The translations under genes were made by a program, and so were the position numbers. DNA of 63,575 nucleotides, filler included, from Chiloscyllium plagiosum (taxonomy: Eukaryota): assembly GCF_004010195.1 (NCBI RefSeq). It is 5 parts of one record of this genome, joined end to end, with 100 filler letters (N's around TTAATTAATTAA, not from the genome) between each part and the next. Parts side by side here need not be neighbours in the genome. Positions count along the whole stretch, not along the records: positions 48,517 to 60,993 come from NC_057717.1; positions 61,094 to 63,575 come from NC_057717.1; 3 more parts are not named here. One strand, 5' to 3'. Shown piece after piece: positions 50,330 to 62,254 of the stretch (positions are counted from its first letter, which is position 1; the number at the start of each line of letters is the position of its first letter). The notes beneath the pieces were generated by a model. The model did no database searches, was not told the origin of the DNA, and was given only the letters and a program-made list of their open reading frames with translations.

Positions 50330-50815
50330 CTCTGTGGCTGATCTGACCATTCTCGCCTCCAATTTTCTGCCTTTACCGCTCGATTCCCCCCCGCAACCCC
50401 GTCCTGATTAGAAATCTGTCCGTCTCAGCCCTGAATCTACTCAACGACCCAGCCGCCTGCGGTAGAGAATTCCACGGATTCACTAAACCCACCAAGAGGA
50501 CAAATTCCTCCTCGTCTCTGTCTCCAACGCCTCCTATTCTGAGATGGTGACCTCCAGGCCTAGGCTCTTCCACAAGGTGTAACAACTTCTGCACCTTTCC
50601 CCTGTCAATTCCCTTCAGAATCTCGTATGCTTCCTTCAGGTCACCTTTCGTCCTAACTCCAACAAGTACAGCCTCCATCTCCTCAACCTCTCCTCAGAAG
50701 ATAGTCCCTCCACAGCTCACAAATCTTCCCTGGGCTGCCTACGTTGCCAGGGTATCTCTCCTTCGATAAGGTAGCCCGAAACTGATCTGTAGTCTGACGA
50801 GTACCCTGCATAATC
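50330..50815 (-). mobile_element. CR1 LINE 3' end
   Basis: KGDLKEAYEILKGIDR..VNPWNSLPQ motif. Confidence 0.85.
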
Positions 50816-50830
50816 TCCGCAGAACCTGCT

Positions 50831-51045
50831 GGGACGGCAGAGTGGCTCAGAGGCTGGCACTGCTGCTAGGGACCCAGGTTCGATTCCAGCCTCGGGCGAC
50901 CGTCTGTGTGGAGTTTGCACGTTCTTTCCTCCAAAGATGTGCAGATTAGCCATGGGAGATGTAGGGTTATAGGGTGCAGGATGGGCGGGATGCTGGTCGC
51001 GTGGCCTCAAGGGGCCGAATGGCCTCTTCCTGCACTGCGGGGATT
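50831..51045 (+). mobile_element. HE1-like SINE, internally deleted
   Basis: gggacggcagagtggctcag..gggacccaggttcgattccagcctcgggcgaccgtctgtgtggagtttgcac. Confidence 0.85.
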
Positions 51046-51559
51046 CGAAGGGCTTTTTCCCTTTGCCCCTTGAACTGAGTGTCTCGGTGAGAGGCCGTCT
51101 AAGAGTTGGCCACTTTGGTGTAGGTCTGGTGTCACATGTAGGCCAGACTGGGTGAGGACAGCAGATTCTGTGCCCCCCCCTCCCCATAGCCCCCCCACTA
51201 AGTGAACCAAATGGGTTTTCACAACAATCGACAATGGTTTCCTGTTTGGCATTCCCGTGATGAGCCTTCGGATATAGGATTGTAATTGATTTGACTCTGG
51301 GAAGTTGAACTTGTGACTCCCACAGCATGACCCGAGTGTGGCAAAAGCTTTATTGTCCCAACACACAACTGCTCTCGCCTCACAGAAGCGGTCAGGATTG
51401 CAGGGAACTGTTAGACCCAGCTTTGTTGGTGTATGGAAGCTGGGATCCCATTCCCAAAGCTCCCTTTGTTTACCCATGGAGAGTCCCTGACACTGATCCA
51501 GCTCACTCAGAGCCAGCTCTCACAGTGAACAGAACCCATGACCCTCCTTTTTATCGAGC

Positions 51560-51916
51560 TTTGAGAAGATTTGTAAGTCAGGTTGAGGTTCTGGATGTAG
51601 GTTTGCTCGCTCAGCTGGGAGGATCATTTCCAGATGTTTCGCCACCCTACTAGGTAACATTTTCAGTAGGCATCAGGCGAAGCGATGTACAGGATTCCTG
51701 CTTTGTATTTATATGTTTGGATTTCTCTGGGTTGGTGATGTTATTTCCAACAAATACGTCAAGTTAGACCCCATCCACCAACCCCTGAGAAAAAGAACAG
51801 GAAATGACATCACCACAGGAAATGACGTCACCATAGGAAATGACATCACCAACCCAACAAAACCCTAAACATATAAATACAAAGCAGGAATCATGTACAC
51901 TGCTTCACCTGAGGCC
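51560..51916. mobile_element. Non-autonomous PLE-terminus element with inverted arms
   Basis: ttgagaagatttgt.. terminus, degenerate hammerhead near 51630-51668, and an LDPIH-like endonuclease tail. Confidence 0.7.
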
Positions 51917-52416
51917 NNNNNNNNNNNNNNNNNNNNNNNNNNNNNNNNNNNNNNNNNNNNNNNNNNNNNNNNNNNNNNNNNNNNNNNNNNNNNNNNNNNN
52001 NNNNNNNNNNNNNNNNNNNNNNNNNNNNNNNNNNNNNNNNNNNNNNNNNNNNNNNNNNNNNNNNNNNNNNNNNNNNNNNNNNNNNNNNNNNNNNNNNNNN
52101 NNNNNNNNNNNNNNNNNNNNNNNNNNNNNNNNNNNNNNNNNNNNNNNNNNNNNNNNNNNNNNNNNNNNNNNNNNNNNNNNNNNNNNNNNNNNNNNNNNNN
52201 NNNNNNNNNNNNNNNNNNNNNNNNNNNNNNNNNNNNNNNNNNNNNNNNNNNNNNNNNNNNNNNNNNNNNNNNNNNNNNNNNNNNNNNNNNNNNNNNNNNN
52301 NNNNNNNNNNNNNNNNNNNNNNNNNNNNNNNNNNNNNNNNNNNNNNNNNNNNNNNNNNNNNNNNNNNNNNNNNNNNNNNNNNNNNNNNNNNNNNNNNNNN
52401 NNNNNNNNNNNNNNNN
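51917..52416. other. Assembly gap (500 N)
   Basis: N run. Confidence 0.99.
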
Positions 52417-53040
52417 GGTGATTGACAGGGGGTGACGGTTGGAAGGGGGCGGGGCTGATCGGGAGAATCGCGGGGGGTTGGGAAAGAGGAAGGCAGCGTC
52501 GCTCAATTCACTTCATTCTCACCTCCTCCGTCCGGAACAATAAAAAAAAATCGGGTTTCATACCGAAGTGGATTATTTGCTAACGGCGTTCAAATGATTT
52601 CCGCGAAGGAACGGTTTCAAACCGTCGGGCCTACGTCCCACAGGTAAAGCGCTGGGCCGTCCGCTGCCGCCATTATCATCCGGGGTTTGCGCTTCCCTTG
52701 CCCTTCTCTGTTGCTCGCTCGGCGCCTCCGGGTTGCCCCCGATAAAGATGGCGGCGGGAGCCCTCGCTCTGATTGGCCGGCGGTGCGCACGGGTCGGAGG
52801 CGAGGCGCCGGACCCGGCCAATGGGAGGAGCGTTGCTAGGGTCCGCTCCCCGCCGAACGGGGGCATCCGATTGGCGGTTTGGGTCGCGGCGGGCTACCAC
52901 CAATCGGCCACCCCGCGCGCCCTCCGCCCCGCCCCTCCATTGTCTCCTCGCGCCGCGATTGGCTGGGGCCGCTCCGGCAAGTGGTCGTTCAGCCCATCCT
53001 CTCGGTGCTGTTCTGGGATAGGACAACGCGCCAAGTGGGT
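52417..53040. promoter_or_regulatory. CpG-island promoter
   Basis: Highest CpG density in the window; CCAAT boxes at 52772, 52818, 52870, 52900, 52958 in alternating orientation; GC boxes at 52446 and 52924-52935; YY1 motifs AAGATGGCGGC 52745 and GCCGCCATTAT 52666. Confidence 0.85.
52523..52760 (-). other. Candidate first exon (TSS position approximate)
   Basis: Starts just downstream of a CCAAT box near GCCGCCATCTT; ends at donor GAG|GTGAGA; contains short ATG-initiated ORFs. Confidence 0.5.
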
Positions 53041-53429
53041 TGTTGCTGGCAAGTGATAATGTCCCAACCTCTAGGCCAGGAAGCCATGAGTTTTTGTCCT
53101 ATTTAGCCCAGATATCTCTACGATAATATCTCTGAACAATAAACATTCCCATGCATGCATTCTTAACCGAAAGAACTGCGGACGCTGCAAATTAGCAAGA
53201 AGTTGCTGGAAAAGCTCAGCAGGTCCCAGATGCTCCCAGACCTGCTGAGCTTTTCCAGCAGCTTCTGTCATTGTTATTCATTCTTCACCCTTCATTTCCC
53301 CTCTCTGCCCGCCGCTACCTCTTTGCAACGTTTCTTGCAAGAGTCATTGCCAGAGAGGAATTCTAAAGGTGCTCAGAATGCTGGCTAGGATGGGTAGCAC
53401 GAGATTGAGAGATAATCCTGAGAGCGGGT

Positions 53430-53710
53430 TTGGAGAAGATTTGTAGCTCAGGTTGAGTTTCTAGGTGTGGGTTTGCTCGTTGAGCTGCAAGGTGCATTTT
53501 TGGACGTTTCATCACCATCCTGGGTCACATCATCAGTGAGCCTCCGGATGAAGCACTGGTGGTATGGCCCACTTTGATGAACTCATAACTAGAAAGTGGG
53601 CCACGCCACCAGTGCTTCATCCGGAGGCTCACTGATGATGTGACCCAGTATGGTGACAAAACGTCTGAAAACGCACCTTCCAGCTCACTGAGCAAACCTA
53701 CACCCAGATA
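53430..53710. mobile_element. Palindromic mini-element carrying two opposed hammerhead motifs
   Basis: Arms about 53462-53575 and 53592-53708 are reverse complements; minus core CTGATGA..GAAACGTC at 53502-53536; plus copy at 53632-53665 has GAAA changed to AAAA. Confidence 0.85.
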
Positions 53711-53711
53711 C

Positions 53712-55222
53712 TCCCTTATGGACATACCCAATGAGGAAGAAGAGGCATCGTTGTGCTTTCTTGACCGTCGCACCTGCATGGGTCGACCAAGACAGATTGT
53801 TGATGATGGCCACTCCGAGAAACTTGACGCTCTCGACCATCTCTATCTCAGCTCTCGACCGTCTCTATCTCAGCTCTCGACCGTCTCTACCTCAGCTCTC
53901 GACCGTCTCTATCTCAGCTCTCGACCGTCTCTATCTCAGCTCTCGACCGTCTCTATCTCAGCTTCGACCATCTCTACCTCAGCTCTCGACCATCTCTACC
54001 TCAGCTCTCGACCATCCTATCTCAGGCTCTCGACCGTCTCTACTCAGCTCTCGNNNNNNNNNNNNNNNNNNNNNNNNNNNNNNNNNNNNNNNNNNNNNNN
54101 NNNNNNNNNNNNNNNNNNNNNNNNNNNNNNNNNNNNNNNNNNNNNNNNNNNNNNNNNNNNNNNNNNNNNNNNNNNNNNNNNNNNNNNNNNNNNNNNNNNN
54201 NNNNNNNNNNNNNNNNNNNNNNNNNNNNNNNNNNNNNNNNNNNNNNNNNNNNNNNNNNNNNNNNNNNNNNNNNNNNNNNNNNNNNNNNNNNNNNNNNNNN
54301 NNNNNNNNNNNNNNNNNNNNNNNNNNNNNNNNNNNNNNNNNNNNNNNNNNNNNNNNNNNNNNNNNNNNNNNNNNNNNNNNNNNNNNNNNNNNNNNNNNNN
54401 NNNNNNNNNNNNNNNNNNNNNNNNNNNNNNNNNNNNNNNNNNNNNNNNNNNNNNNNNNNNNNNNNNNNNNNNNNNNNNNNNNNNNNNNNNNNNNNNNNNN
54501 NNNNNNNNNNNNNNNNNNNNNNNNNNNNNNNNNNNNNNNNNNNNNNNNNNNNNNNNNNNNNNNNNNNNNNNNNNNNNNNNNNNNNNNNNNNNNNNNNNNN
54601 NNNNNNNNNNNNNNNNNNNNNNNNNNNNNNNNNNNNNNNNNNNNNNNNNNNNNNNNNNNNNNNNNNNNNNNNNNNNNNNNNNNNNNNNNNNNNNNNNNNN
54701 NNNNNNNNNNNNNNNNNNNNNNNNNNNNNNNNNNNNNNNNNNNNNNNNNNNNNNNNNNNNNNNNNNNNNNNNNNNNNNNNNNNNNNNNNNNNNNNNNNNN
54801 NNNNNNNNNNNNNNNNNNNNNNNNNNNNNNNNNNNNNNNNNNNNNNNNNNNNNNNNNNNNNNNNNNNNNNNNNNNNNNNNNNNNNNNNNNNNNNNNNNNN
54901 NNNNTACCTCAGCTCTCGACCGTCTCTATCTCAGCTCTCGACCATCACTACCTCAGCTCTCGACCATCTCTACCTCAGCTCTCGACCATCACTACCTCAG
55001 CTCTCGACCGTCTCTATCTCAGCTCTCGACCATCTCTATCTCAGCTCCATTGGTGTCAATAAGGGCATGTCCTCCTCCTTCTTCCTGAAGTCGATGACCA
55101 GCTTCTTTAGTTTTGCTGACATCGAGGGAGAGATTGTTATCTTTACACCACCCCACCAAGTACTCTATCTCTTTCCTGTGTTCTGTCTCATCATTGTTTG
55201 AGATACAGCCTACGATTATGGT
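53712..55222 (-). mobile_element. Rex1/Babar-like LINE RT fragment containing a minisatellite
   Basis: ISNNDETEHRKEIEYLVGWCKDNNLSLDVSKTKE..NGAEIEMVES, resuming as VESVKFLGVAIINNLSWSTH. Confidence 0.82.
53830..55045 (+). repeat. 22-bp minisatellite spanning an 850-N gap
   Basis: Unit ctctcgaccRtctctaYctcag; tctcgacc at 53831 and 53853. Confidence 0.95.
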
Positions 55223-55227
55223 ACATA

Positions 55228-56065
55228 GACCATAGAACATTCCAGCGCAGTACAGGCTTTTCAGCCCTCGATGTTGTACTGACCACTGGAACCAATCTGA
55301 AGCCCAACTAACCTACACTATCCCATTATCATCCATATGTTTATCCAATGACCATTTAAATGCCCTTAAAGTTGGTGAATCTACAACTGTTGCAGTAAGT
55401 GTGTTCCACGCCCCTACTACTCCCTAAGTAAAGAACCTAGCTCTGACATCTGTCCTATATCTGTCACCCCTCAGTTTAAAGCTCTGTCCTCTTGTGCTCG
55501 CCATCACCATCCGAGGGAAAAGGCCCTCACTGTCCACCCGATCTAACTCTCTGATTATCTTATGTGTCTCTATTTCGTCACCTCTCAACCTTCTTCTCTC
55601 TAACGAAAACAGCCTCACGTCCCTCAGCCTTTCCTCATAAGACCTTCCCTCCGTACCAGGCAACATCCTGGTAAATCTCCTCTGAACCCTTTTCCAAAGC
55701 TTCCACATCCTTCCGATAATGCGGTGACCAGAACTGTACACAATACTCCACAATGCGGCCGCACCAGAGTTTTGTACAGCTGCAGCATGACCTCATGGCT
55801 CCGAAACACCGTACGCCTTCTTAACAACCCTATCAACCTTTGTGACAACTTCCAGGGATCTGGACACTGGGATCTCTGTGCTCATCTACATTACCAACAA
55901 TCATACCATTAGCTCAGTACTCTCCATTCCTGTTGCTTCTTCCAAAGTGAATCACCTCACAATTTTCCACATTAAACACCATTTGCCACCTCTCAGCCCA
56001 GCTCTGCGGTTTGTCTATGTCCCTCTGTAACCTACAACATCCTTCACCAGCATCCACAACTCCAC
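55228..56065 (-). mobile_element. CR1 LINE 3' end
   Basis: VMLQLYKTLVRPH, RVQRRFTRMLPG.EGRSYEERL..LFSLERRRLRGD; ttctatg tail at the left end. Confidence 0.92.
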
Positions 56066-56089
56066 CTACCATAGAATGAGCCCCAATTA

Positions 56090-56890
56090 TCCAGGTATCT
56101 GAAACCCTCCCTCCTGCCTGTAACTCCTCCCTCCTGCACCATTCTTGTAGCCACGTGTTTGACTCCTTTCTCTCTCCCTATTCCTCGCCTCGCAAGCACG
56201 TGACACGGGTAACAAACCAGAGATAACAACTCTTGCTTGTTCTAGCTCCAAGCTTCCAGCCTAGCTCCCTGAATGTTGGCCTTAAATCCCCATCCCTTTC
56301 CCTACCTATGTCGCTGTGCTCCCTCCCCCTCAAGGAGAAAGTGAGGTCTGCAGATGCTGGAGATCAGAGCTGGAAATGTGTTGCTGGAAAACGCAGCAGG
56401 TCAGGCAGCACCCAGGGAACAGGAGAAACGTCGATTCTCCTGTTCCCTGGATGCTGCCTGACCTGCTGCGCTTTTCCAGCAACACATTTCCAGCTCCCTC
56501 CCCCTCAAGGATCCCGAAAACATTATCAGAGACATCACGAAACCTAACACCTGGGAGGCAACACACCAACCCGTTCCCACAGAACCTCCTATCTGTCCCC
56601 CTAACTATGGAGTCCCCAATGACTACTGCTCTGCTCCTCTTCTCCCTTCCCGTCTGAGCAGCAGGGACAGACTCTGTACCAGAGACCTGGACCCCATGGC
56701 GTACCCCTGGTAGGTCAACCCCCCCCCAACAGTATCCAAAATGGGATACTTGTTGTTGAGGGGAAGGGCCGCAGGGGATCCCTGCACTGCCTGCCGGTTC
56801 CCTTTCCGTCGCCTGACGGTATCCCATCTCCCATCTTCTTGTACCTGAGGTGTGACGACCTGCATGTAACTCCTCTCAATAACCTCCCGA
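56090..56890 (-). mobile_element. CR1 ORF1 (esterase) fragment
   Basis: PLNNKYPILDTVGG, RAVVIGDSIVRGTDRRFCG..VCCLPGVRFRDVSD. Confidence 0.88.
56334..56496. mobile_element. Palindromic PLE-terminus insertion flanked by a direct duplication
   Basis: Inverted arms around aaacgtcgatt; gctccctccccctcaagga at 56318-56336 and 56493-56511. Confidence 0.88.
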
Positions 56891-56899
56891 ACGATCCGA

Positions 56900-57140
56900 A
56901 GGTGTCATCAGCCAACCTGTAGGTGGAGTTGGGATGATGTTTGGCCACGCAGTCATGAGGGAGAATGGTAAGGGGCTGAGTACACAGCAGTACCGGGCAC
57001 CAGTGTTGAGGATTATCGTGAAGGAGATGCTGTTTACCTATCTTCACTGACTGCGGTCTGTGGGTCAGGAAGCTGCAGAGGGTGGAGCAGACACCCAGGT
57101 CTCCAAGTTTGAAGATTAGTTTGGTTGGAATTATAGTAAA
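56900..57140 (-). mobile_element. Rex1/Babar-like LINE RT core (likely upstream part of 53712-55222)
   Basis: SFLTHRPQSVKIG, HDCVAKH.PNSTYRLADDT. Confidence 0.78.
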
Positions 57141-57249
57141 ATTCATAATATATCAGATTCGTAACCGAATGAACTGATGTGGAGTGAGGCAGCAAGTGTC
57201 AGTATTTAAATGTAGAGGGATTGCACAAATTTGCATCACACCTGTTGAA

Positions 57250-58968
57250 ATATTGGTGCAATTCTGCTCTCCCTGCTGTAGGAAAGATGTTGCGATAGGG
57301 TTCAGAAAAGATTTACAAGGATGTTGTCGGGGTTGGAGGAGTTGAACTATAGGCAGAGGCTGAACAAGCTGGGGCTGTTTTCCCTTATAGAGGTTTATAA
57401 AATCATGAGAGACCATGGATAGGATAGGTGTGACCTTATAAAGGTTTATAAAATCATGAGGGGTCACGGATAGGATAAATAGACAAGGTCTTTTCCTTGG
57501 GGTGGGGGAGTCCAGAACTAGAGGGCCATAGGTTTAGGGTGAGAGGGGAAAGGTTTAAAAGAGACCTAAGAGGCAACGTTTTCACACAGAGGGTGGTGTG
57601 TGTGTACGGAATGAGCTGCCAGAGGAAGTGGTGGAGGCTGGTACAATGACAGCATTTAAAAGGCATCTAGATGGGGACATGAATAGGAAGGGCTTAGAGG
57701 GATATGGGCCAAGGGCTGGCAGGTGGGACTAGATTGGGTTAGGGATAACTGGGTCAGCACGGACGGGTTGGACCGAAGGGTCTGGTTCTTTGCTGTACAT
57801 CTCTATGACTCCATGAGATTTGAGATTCCTTGTGCATTAATTACAAAAGTTACCATCCTCGCTCAGCGTTGACAATGTTACAAACAGTCCATTTTCCTTC
57901 CCTGTTACCTACTGATCTTGGATGCTGGCTTTTAGTGATTAATGAATGAGGATTGCAAACTTCATCTCAAAGAAGTCATATGGCACGGAAACAACCAGTT
58001 TCGGCCCAACCGGTCTGTGCCAAACATAACCCAAACTGAACCAGTTCCCAGCTGCCTGCTCTTAGCCGATGTCCTTCCAAACCTTTCCTGTTCACATCTC
58101 CATCCGAATGCCTTTTAAATGTTGTAATTCTACCCTCATCCACCACCTCTTCAGGAGTTCATTCCACACGTGAACCACCCTCTGTGGAAGAAAATTTGCC
58201 TCTTTTGTTTTTTTTTCAAATCTCTCTCCTCCCAATTTAAAAATGTGCCCCCTGGTCTTGAAATCCTCCGCCCCCGGGAAAAGACAACTATAGTTCACTC
58301 TATCCGTACCCCTCATCATTTTATAAACTTCTACCAGGTCACCTCTTCGTCTCCGACGCTCTAGTGAAGGAAGTCCCAGCCTTTTCAGCCTTTCTTTATA
58401 ACTCAAAACTTTGGTAGCTTTTTGCAGTCTTTTTCTCTGTTCAGGTAATATTCAGCTCCTCTGTTCTTTCTGCTGTTACATTTTCCCACATTGTATTCCA
58501 CCTGCTCAAGTTTTTACCCAGGCAACAGTGAGGACTGCAGATGCTCCTCGAATGCTGCCTGACCTGCTGTGCTTTTCCAGCACCACTCCGATCTAAACCC
58601 AAGTTTTTACCCACTCTGTATCACCGTCAACAAGGCTGAGGGGGTGACCTTACAGAGGTTTATAAAATCATGAGGGACATGGTCTTTTCCCTGGGGTAGG
58701 GGAGTCCAGAAATAGAGGAGCGTAGGTTTAGGGTGAGAGGGGAAAAAGGGACCAAGGGGCAACTTTTTCACTCAGAGGGTGGTGCGTGTGTGGAATGTGC
58801 TGCCAGAGGAAGTGGTGGACAGCATTTAAAAGGTGGATGGGGACGTGGATAGGAAGGGTTTGGAGGGATTTGGGCTAAGTATTGGCAAATGGGGCTAGAT
58901 TAGGTTGGGATATTGGGTCAGAACGGACGGATGGACCGAAGGGTCTGTTTCCGCGCCGTACACCTCGA
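57250..58968. mobile_element. Three CR1/HER1-like 3' ends (+ 57250-57815, - 57975-58410, + 58635-58968) and a PLE-terminus scrap near 58525-58595
   Basis: YKERLKRLGLPSLERRR..GDLVEVYK; ggaccgaagggtctg..ctgtacatctctatgactc tails. Confidence 0.88.
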
Positions 58969-59555
58969 TGATATCTGCATCAGCACACCCAGCCGCCTTA
59001 TATTTTGTCAGGATCTGTTCCCAGGGTAGGAGATTGAGGCGCTGCCGTGGAATATGACCACTGGGAATCCCGCCGGAACCAGAAACCCTCTCGGAGCAAA
59101 ACATTTCTAACACAAGGCCAGTGTCGGAATAACCGAAAGGCTCAGGCTGATCTCTCCTGTCCACTGCGAGCTGTGGCTGTTTGTCCAGAGAGAGAGAGAG
59201 AAGTATACTGTGCCTTCTGAATGGGATCAAACTGTTTCGTTATTTAACAAAAAACACTCCGCACAGTTCGATTGGGAGTGTCCAGGGGGAGGAGTTTGAC
59301 ACGTTCCAGGCAGAAAGGGGGTCAAGAAGCCCTTCAACGTTGACTCGTATTTCAGTGAGCTTGCTGACTTCATTGCCAGGACAGGTGAAGGTGAATTTGA
59401 AAGCAGCACCCTGGTTTCCCCCACGTGCGTGTGTGCTGCAGGCTGCAGACACAGCCTTCATGTTCCACCACCTCTGTGTTGCTCTTCCTGTCGTTGCATT
59501 TCTCCAGCTGAACTTCACCTGCCACCCAGTAAACCCTGTCGATGTTCTTTTGTAG

Positions 59556-59753
59556 TCCCACACTAACCTCCTCACAGTGCACGGTGGTATTACGCCACAC
59601 AGGTGCCAGGCAATGACCACCTCTAATAAGAGGAGAAAGTGAGGTCTGCAGATGCTGGAGATCAAAGTTGAAACTTTCCCACACTAACCTCCTCACAGTG
59701 CACGGTGGTATTACGCCACACAGGTGCCAGGCAATGACCACCTCTAATAAGAG
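59556..59753 (+). repeat. 77-bp perfect direct repeat flanking a 44-bp PLE terminus
   Basis: 59556-59632 equals 59677-59753; insert gagaaagtgaggtctgcagatgctggagatcaaagttgaaactt. Confidence 0.92.
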
Positions 59754-59781
59754 ACAGTCTAACCATTGCCTGTGATAATGT

Positions 59782-60105
59782 GGGCGGCACGGTGGCACAG
59801 TGGTTAGCACTGCTGCCTCACAGCGCCAGAGACCCGTATTCGATCCCACCCTCAGACGACTGTGTAGAGTTTGCACATTCTCTCCCCCCCCCACCCTCTG
59901 CCTTGTCTGCGTGGGTTTCCTCCAGGTGCTCCAGTTTCCACCGCAGTCCAAAGATGTTCAGGGTGAATCAGCCATGATAAATTACCCATAGTGTTAGGTG
60001 AAGGCGTAAACGTAGGGGAATGGATCTGGGTGGGTTGCTCCTCGGAGGGTCGGTGTGGACATGTTGGGCCGAAGGGCCTGTTTCCACACTGTAAGTAATC
60101 AAATC
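59782..60105 (+). mobile_element. HE1-type V-SINE
   Basis: gggcggcacggtggcacagtggttagcactgctgcctcacagcgccagagacc..gggccgaagggcctgtttccacactgtaagtaatc. Confidence 0.93.
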
Positions 60106-60149
60106 CAACGAACGGCGTTACTGTCACCTGAAATCCCCCCACAGTCCAA

Positions 60150-60830
60150 ACTATCAACATCCTGGGGGTTACCGTTGACCAGAAACTGAATGTGGACCAG
60201 CCCCGTATAAACCCAGCGGCTATAAGAGCAGGGTCAGAGGCTGGGAATCCTGCAGCGAGTCACTCCCCTCCTGACTCTCTTCTCCCCCCCCCGGAGCCCT
60301 GTCTCACCAACGACAAGGCACAGGCCAAGAGGGGAGGAGGGAATACTCCCACTTGCCCCTGGATGAGGGCGGGAGGCAGCTCCGACAACACTCGAGAAGC
60401 TCCACACCGCCCAGGGACAAAGCACCCCAGCTCGATTGGCTCCACCCCCACAAACCCCACCGCTCCCTCCCTCCACCCGCCGACGCTCAGTCGCAGCAGT
60501 GTGTACCGTCTACAAGACCCACTGCAGAACCTCACCGAGGGGCTCCTCAGACAGCACCTTCCCAAACCCCCCACACCCCTCTACCATCTAGAAGGACGGG
60601 GGGAGGGGCCGCAGATACATGGGGAACACCACCCCCTCACCAACTCAAAGCCACTCCCCGTCCCAGAATCTATCGGCTGTTCCTTCCTGTGTCAGAATCT
60701 TGGGATTGCCCCCTTCCCTGAGGGGCATCGTGGGTCTACCCCCCAGCACGTGGACTGCAGCTCACCCCCACCTTCTCAAAGGGGGTAATCAGGAATGGGG
60801 CAATAAATGCTGCATCCAGCCAACAACACC
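60150..60830 (+). mobile_element. Non-LTR retrotransposon 3' end
   Basis: atcctgggggttaccgttgaccagaaactgaa (ILGVTVDQKL) through gggcaataaatgctg. Confidence 0.7.
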
Positions 60831-60993
60831 CATGCCCCACCAGCGAATTTCAACAAATACATTCCAACTTGGTGCTACGTGTAAACTTCCAAACTGTGTT
60901 CTCTTCATCAAACTCCACTCATTAATACACACTCACACACTCACACACACTCTCACACACACTCACACACTCACTCACACTCACACACACACT

Positions 60994-61093
60994 NNNNNNN
61001 NNNNNNNNNNNNNNNNNNNNNNNNNNNNNNNNNNNNNTTAATTAATTAANNNNNNNNNNNNNNNNNNNNNNNNNNNNNNNNNNNNNNNNNNNN
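60994..61093. other. Artificial contig spacer
   Basis: N44-TTAATTAATTAA-N44. Confidence 0.97.
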
Positions 61094-61400
61094 CAAGCCA
61101 ACTGTGTATCCAATTGGCCAGTTCCCCCATTATTCTACGTGATGGAACCTTCCAGAGTAGCCTGCCATGTGGAACCTTATCAAAGGCCTTACTGAAATCC
61201 ATAGAGACTACTTTTACCGCTCTGCCCTCATCAACATTCTTGGACACATCCCCAAAGGGCTCTAAGAAATTTAGGAAGCATGATCTCCCACTCACAAGTC
61301 TATGCTGACTGCTCGGAATCAAACCCTGTGTAAGTAATGGGTGCAGTCAATGGTATGCTGTCCTTCATTGTAAGATGATTTGCGTAAATAAGTAAAGCCA
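61094..61400 (-). mobile_element. CR1 RT fragment
   Basis: SQHRLVSGRSC..VDEGRAVKVVSMDFSKAFDKVPHGRLL..WIHSWL. Confidence 0.92.
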
Positions 61401-62254
61401 TCTTCCTGCTGTTGTAAAGCCTTGCTGAGAGAACATTTGGGACACACTCTACAGATTTGATCTCCTTTGTAAGGAATGATGTCCTTACCACAGACACAGG
61501 TGATGGTAACATGAGGATAGAGTGAAGAAGCTGAGTGTTTAATCTGTAGAGCTGTGAGAGGCGAATAAATGATGATGCTGAACCACGAGGAGTGGCAGTG
61601 ATCACTTATTTCCAAAAGAGACATTGGCAGGGAGAGAAATTCCATACTTTACCCATGATTGATTGGTTTGATTTATTGTCACGTGTATCTCAGTACAGGG
61701 AAACACTTTGTTTATGAGCAGTGGAGGCAGATCATAGTAAGCATGGCCAGACAGATATAGGGTGGAAATAGACTTGGACAGAGTAAGGCACATAGGTTAC
61801 ACTGAACAGGACGTGCACTAGACAAGATCAACATGAACAAGATCAGCATTATTTGAAATTAGAGCATCCATTCATTAGACTAACGTGACTTTCCTAATAG
61901 TTTATATGCCTAAATTAACTCTCCCAAGGTTATTGTGCACTCGGCGTGTGAACCCTGTACTGAATGTCAGGTTATTCACAATCCCCAACAGCAGCCACAA
62001 TACCTTCCATCTGAAAAAGGTATCCATTCCCATCAGCTTCCACCCTCCATAGAGAACACTAGGCTGTCTTCTCAGAGATGGAAGATGCCTTCTTGAGACT
62101 TCACACAAGACATATGGCTTCCCTGCTCACCACTAGAAAACCACGTGAAAGTCCCACATGTGTATCATGAGCAACGGAGCCACGAGGAACAACTTGGAAC
62201 AGTCTGTCTGTGCAGCCTCTGCTCCACTTGTTCATCATGTTAGAGCATCATTTC

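Noticed and set aside
58990..59560. ORFs of 111-193 aa
   Set aside because: No recognisable domain; partly degraded CR1 (LQKNIDR..EKC) and read-through into repeats.
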